A stretch of 63,490 nt of DNA, the filler included, from Squatina squatina (Eukaryota): NCBI GenBank assembly GCA_031763465.1. It is 4 parts of 4 records of this genome, joined end to end, with 100 filler letters (N's around TTAATTAATTAA, not from the genome) between each part and the next. Parts side by side here need not be neighbours in the genome. Positions count along the whole stretch, not along the records: positions 47,352 to 63,490 come from JARFOE010000194.1; 3 more parts are not named here. One strand, 5' to 3'. The notes beneath the pieces were generated by a model. The model saw only the letters and a list, made by a program, of their open reading frames with translations, had not been told where the DNA came from and did not search any database. Every line of letters begins with the position of its first letter. Positions within the stretch are counted from its first letter, which is position 1. Of this stretch, positions 62,545 through 63,490 are shown one piece after another. The translations under genes were made by a program, and so were the position numbers.

Positions 62545-62649
62545 TTAATTGTGAATCCTCAGTCTACAACTGAAGTACCTGTTCAATTCTCTCCTTCAAC
62601 ACTGGGAAAAGCCAATCATTGTGCAACTATTATCTTCAAGTGTCCTCAG
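62545..62649 (+). CDS. CFAP47: CFAP47 exon, 105 bp
   Basis: cacag| acceptor and CAG|gtatgt donor. Encodes LIVNPQSTTEVPVQFSPSTLGKANHCATIIFKCPQ. Confidence 0.85.
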
Positions 62650-62659
62650 GTATGTCTTT

Positions 62660-63443
62660 TCAATTCTCTTCACAATCTATATTAATGATCTGGATGAAGG
62701 GGTTGGGGGAACTGTCTGCAAGCTCACAGCTGACACAAATATCTCTGGTAATGTTCGAGCCTTGAATGAGGGAAAAAAAGACTATAATCAGATCTTGATG
62801 CAAAGGTGAATGGCATTTAATATAGATTATGCACATAGGCAGAGCTAACACCTAGCATGCATATACCAGACAGTTTTCTAAACTAAAGCCTATTGAGTGG
62901 GAAAGAGTCCTATGTGTTATACTGCATGCACCTCTAAAGATTTACAACCAGTGCTGTGAGGCTATAGCAATAACAGATACAGTATTAGGATGAAAAGTCC
63001 TTAGATACCACGATAGGCTTGAAGAGCTGGGTCATACTATAGGGTTGTCTGTATCAGTCAAAGATACCACTACCTTGAATTTCTTTGCAAATGGATTTTT
63101 CCAGACACCATTTGGTAATCTATGCCACATTAACCAGGCAACAGCTCGCTAATGAATACAAAAATTCACTGATGCTCTCTTTAGGCAGGTGGCACACTTC
63201 ACTTCTTTACAAATGGAACCAGAAAAACAAAGAGAGAGAGAGCTATCCAATTATACAGACTGGTAGGTTTCCCACAGGTGCAAGGAGCAACTGACAGAAT
63301 CCATATGGCACTCAAAACAGGGAACTGAAAGCAGGGACAGGGTACTAAATTTGGATGTTCAGTCATGATCTCATTGAATGGCGGAGTGGGCACGAAGGGC
63401 CAAATGGCCTACTCCTGCTCCTATCTTCGATATTTCTATGTTT
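62660..63443 (+). mobile_element. Old CR1 RT fragment plus CR1 3' tail
   Basis: ILFTIYINDLDEGV...CKLTADT near the start, and the tail motif at ~63370-63443. Confidence 0.7.
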
Positions 63444-63490
63444 TGGATCAGCTCAATTTTAATGAGGGTGGAAGATGGGAGCCTGGAGAG

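Noticed and set aside
1-63490. tRNA, rRNA, CRISPR or prokaryotic operon-type systems
   Set aside because: None recognisable. All coding signal is spliced vertebrate exons or decayed transposons.

Overview
Vertebrate nuclear DNA, almost certainly from a cartilaginous fish (shark-type CR1, L2, RTE, Penelope and Harbinger repeats). It is not one locus. Three artificial 100-nt spacers (N44-TTAATTAATTAA-N44 at 17240-17339, 31703-31802 and 47252-47351) join four unrelated scaffolds, each built from short contigs separated by placeholder 100-N gaps. Segment 1 (1-17239) has two SLC5A9 exons (+) converging on a SPATA6 exon (-). It also holds an LTR element with a primer-binding site, a decayed Harbinger transposase next to a Myb/SANT remnant, and a hAT element with an 8-bp target-site duplication. 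Segment 2 (17340-31702) has spliced minus-strand exons of a gene I cannot name, plus CR1 and RTE LINEs. Segment 3 (31803-47251) has BCAS1 exons (+). Segment 4 (47352-63490) has weak exon candidates of a second unnamed gene, a gag remnant, PRRG1 (-) and six widely spaced CFAP47 exons (+). Gene names come from recalled similarity to the human proteins and from splice structure, not from a database search. I found no convincing new biological system. The best leads are the unnamed multi-exon gene in segment 2 and the LTR element with a periodic repetitive leader.
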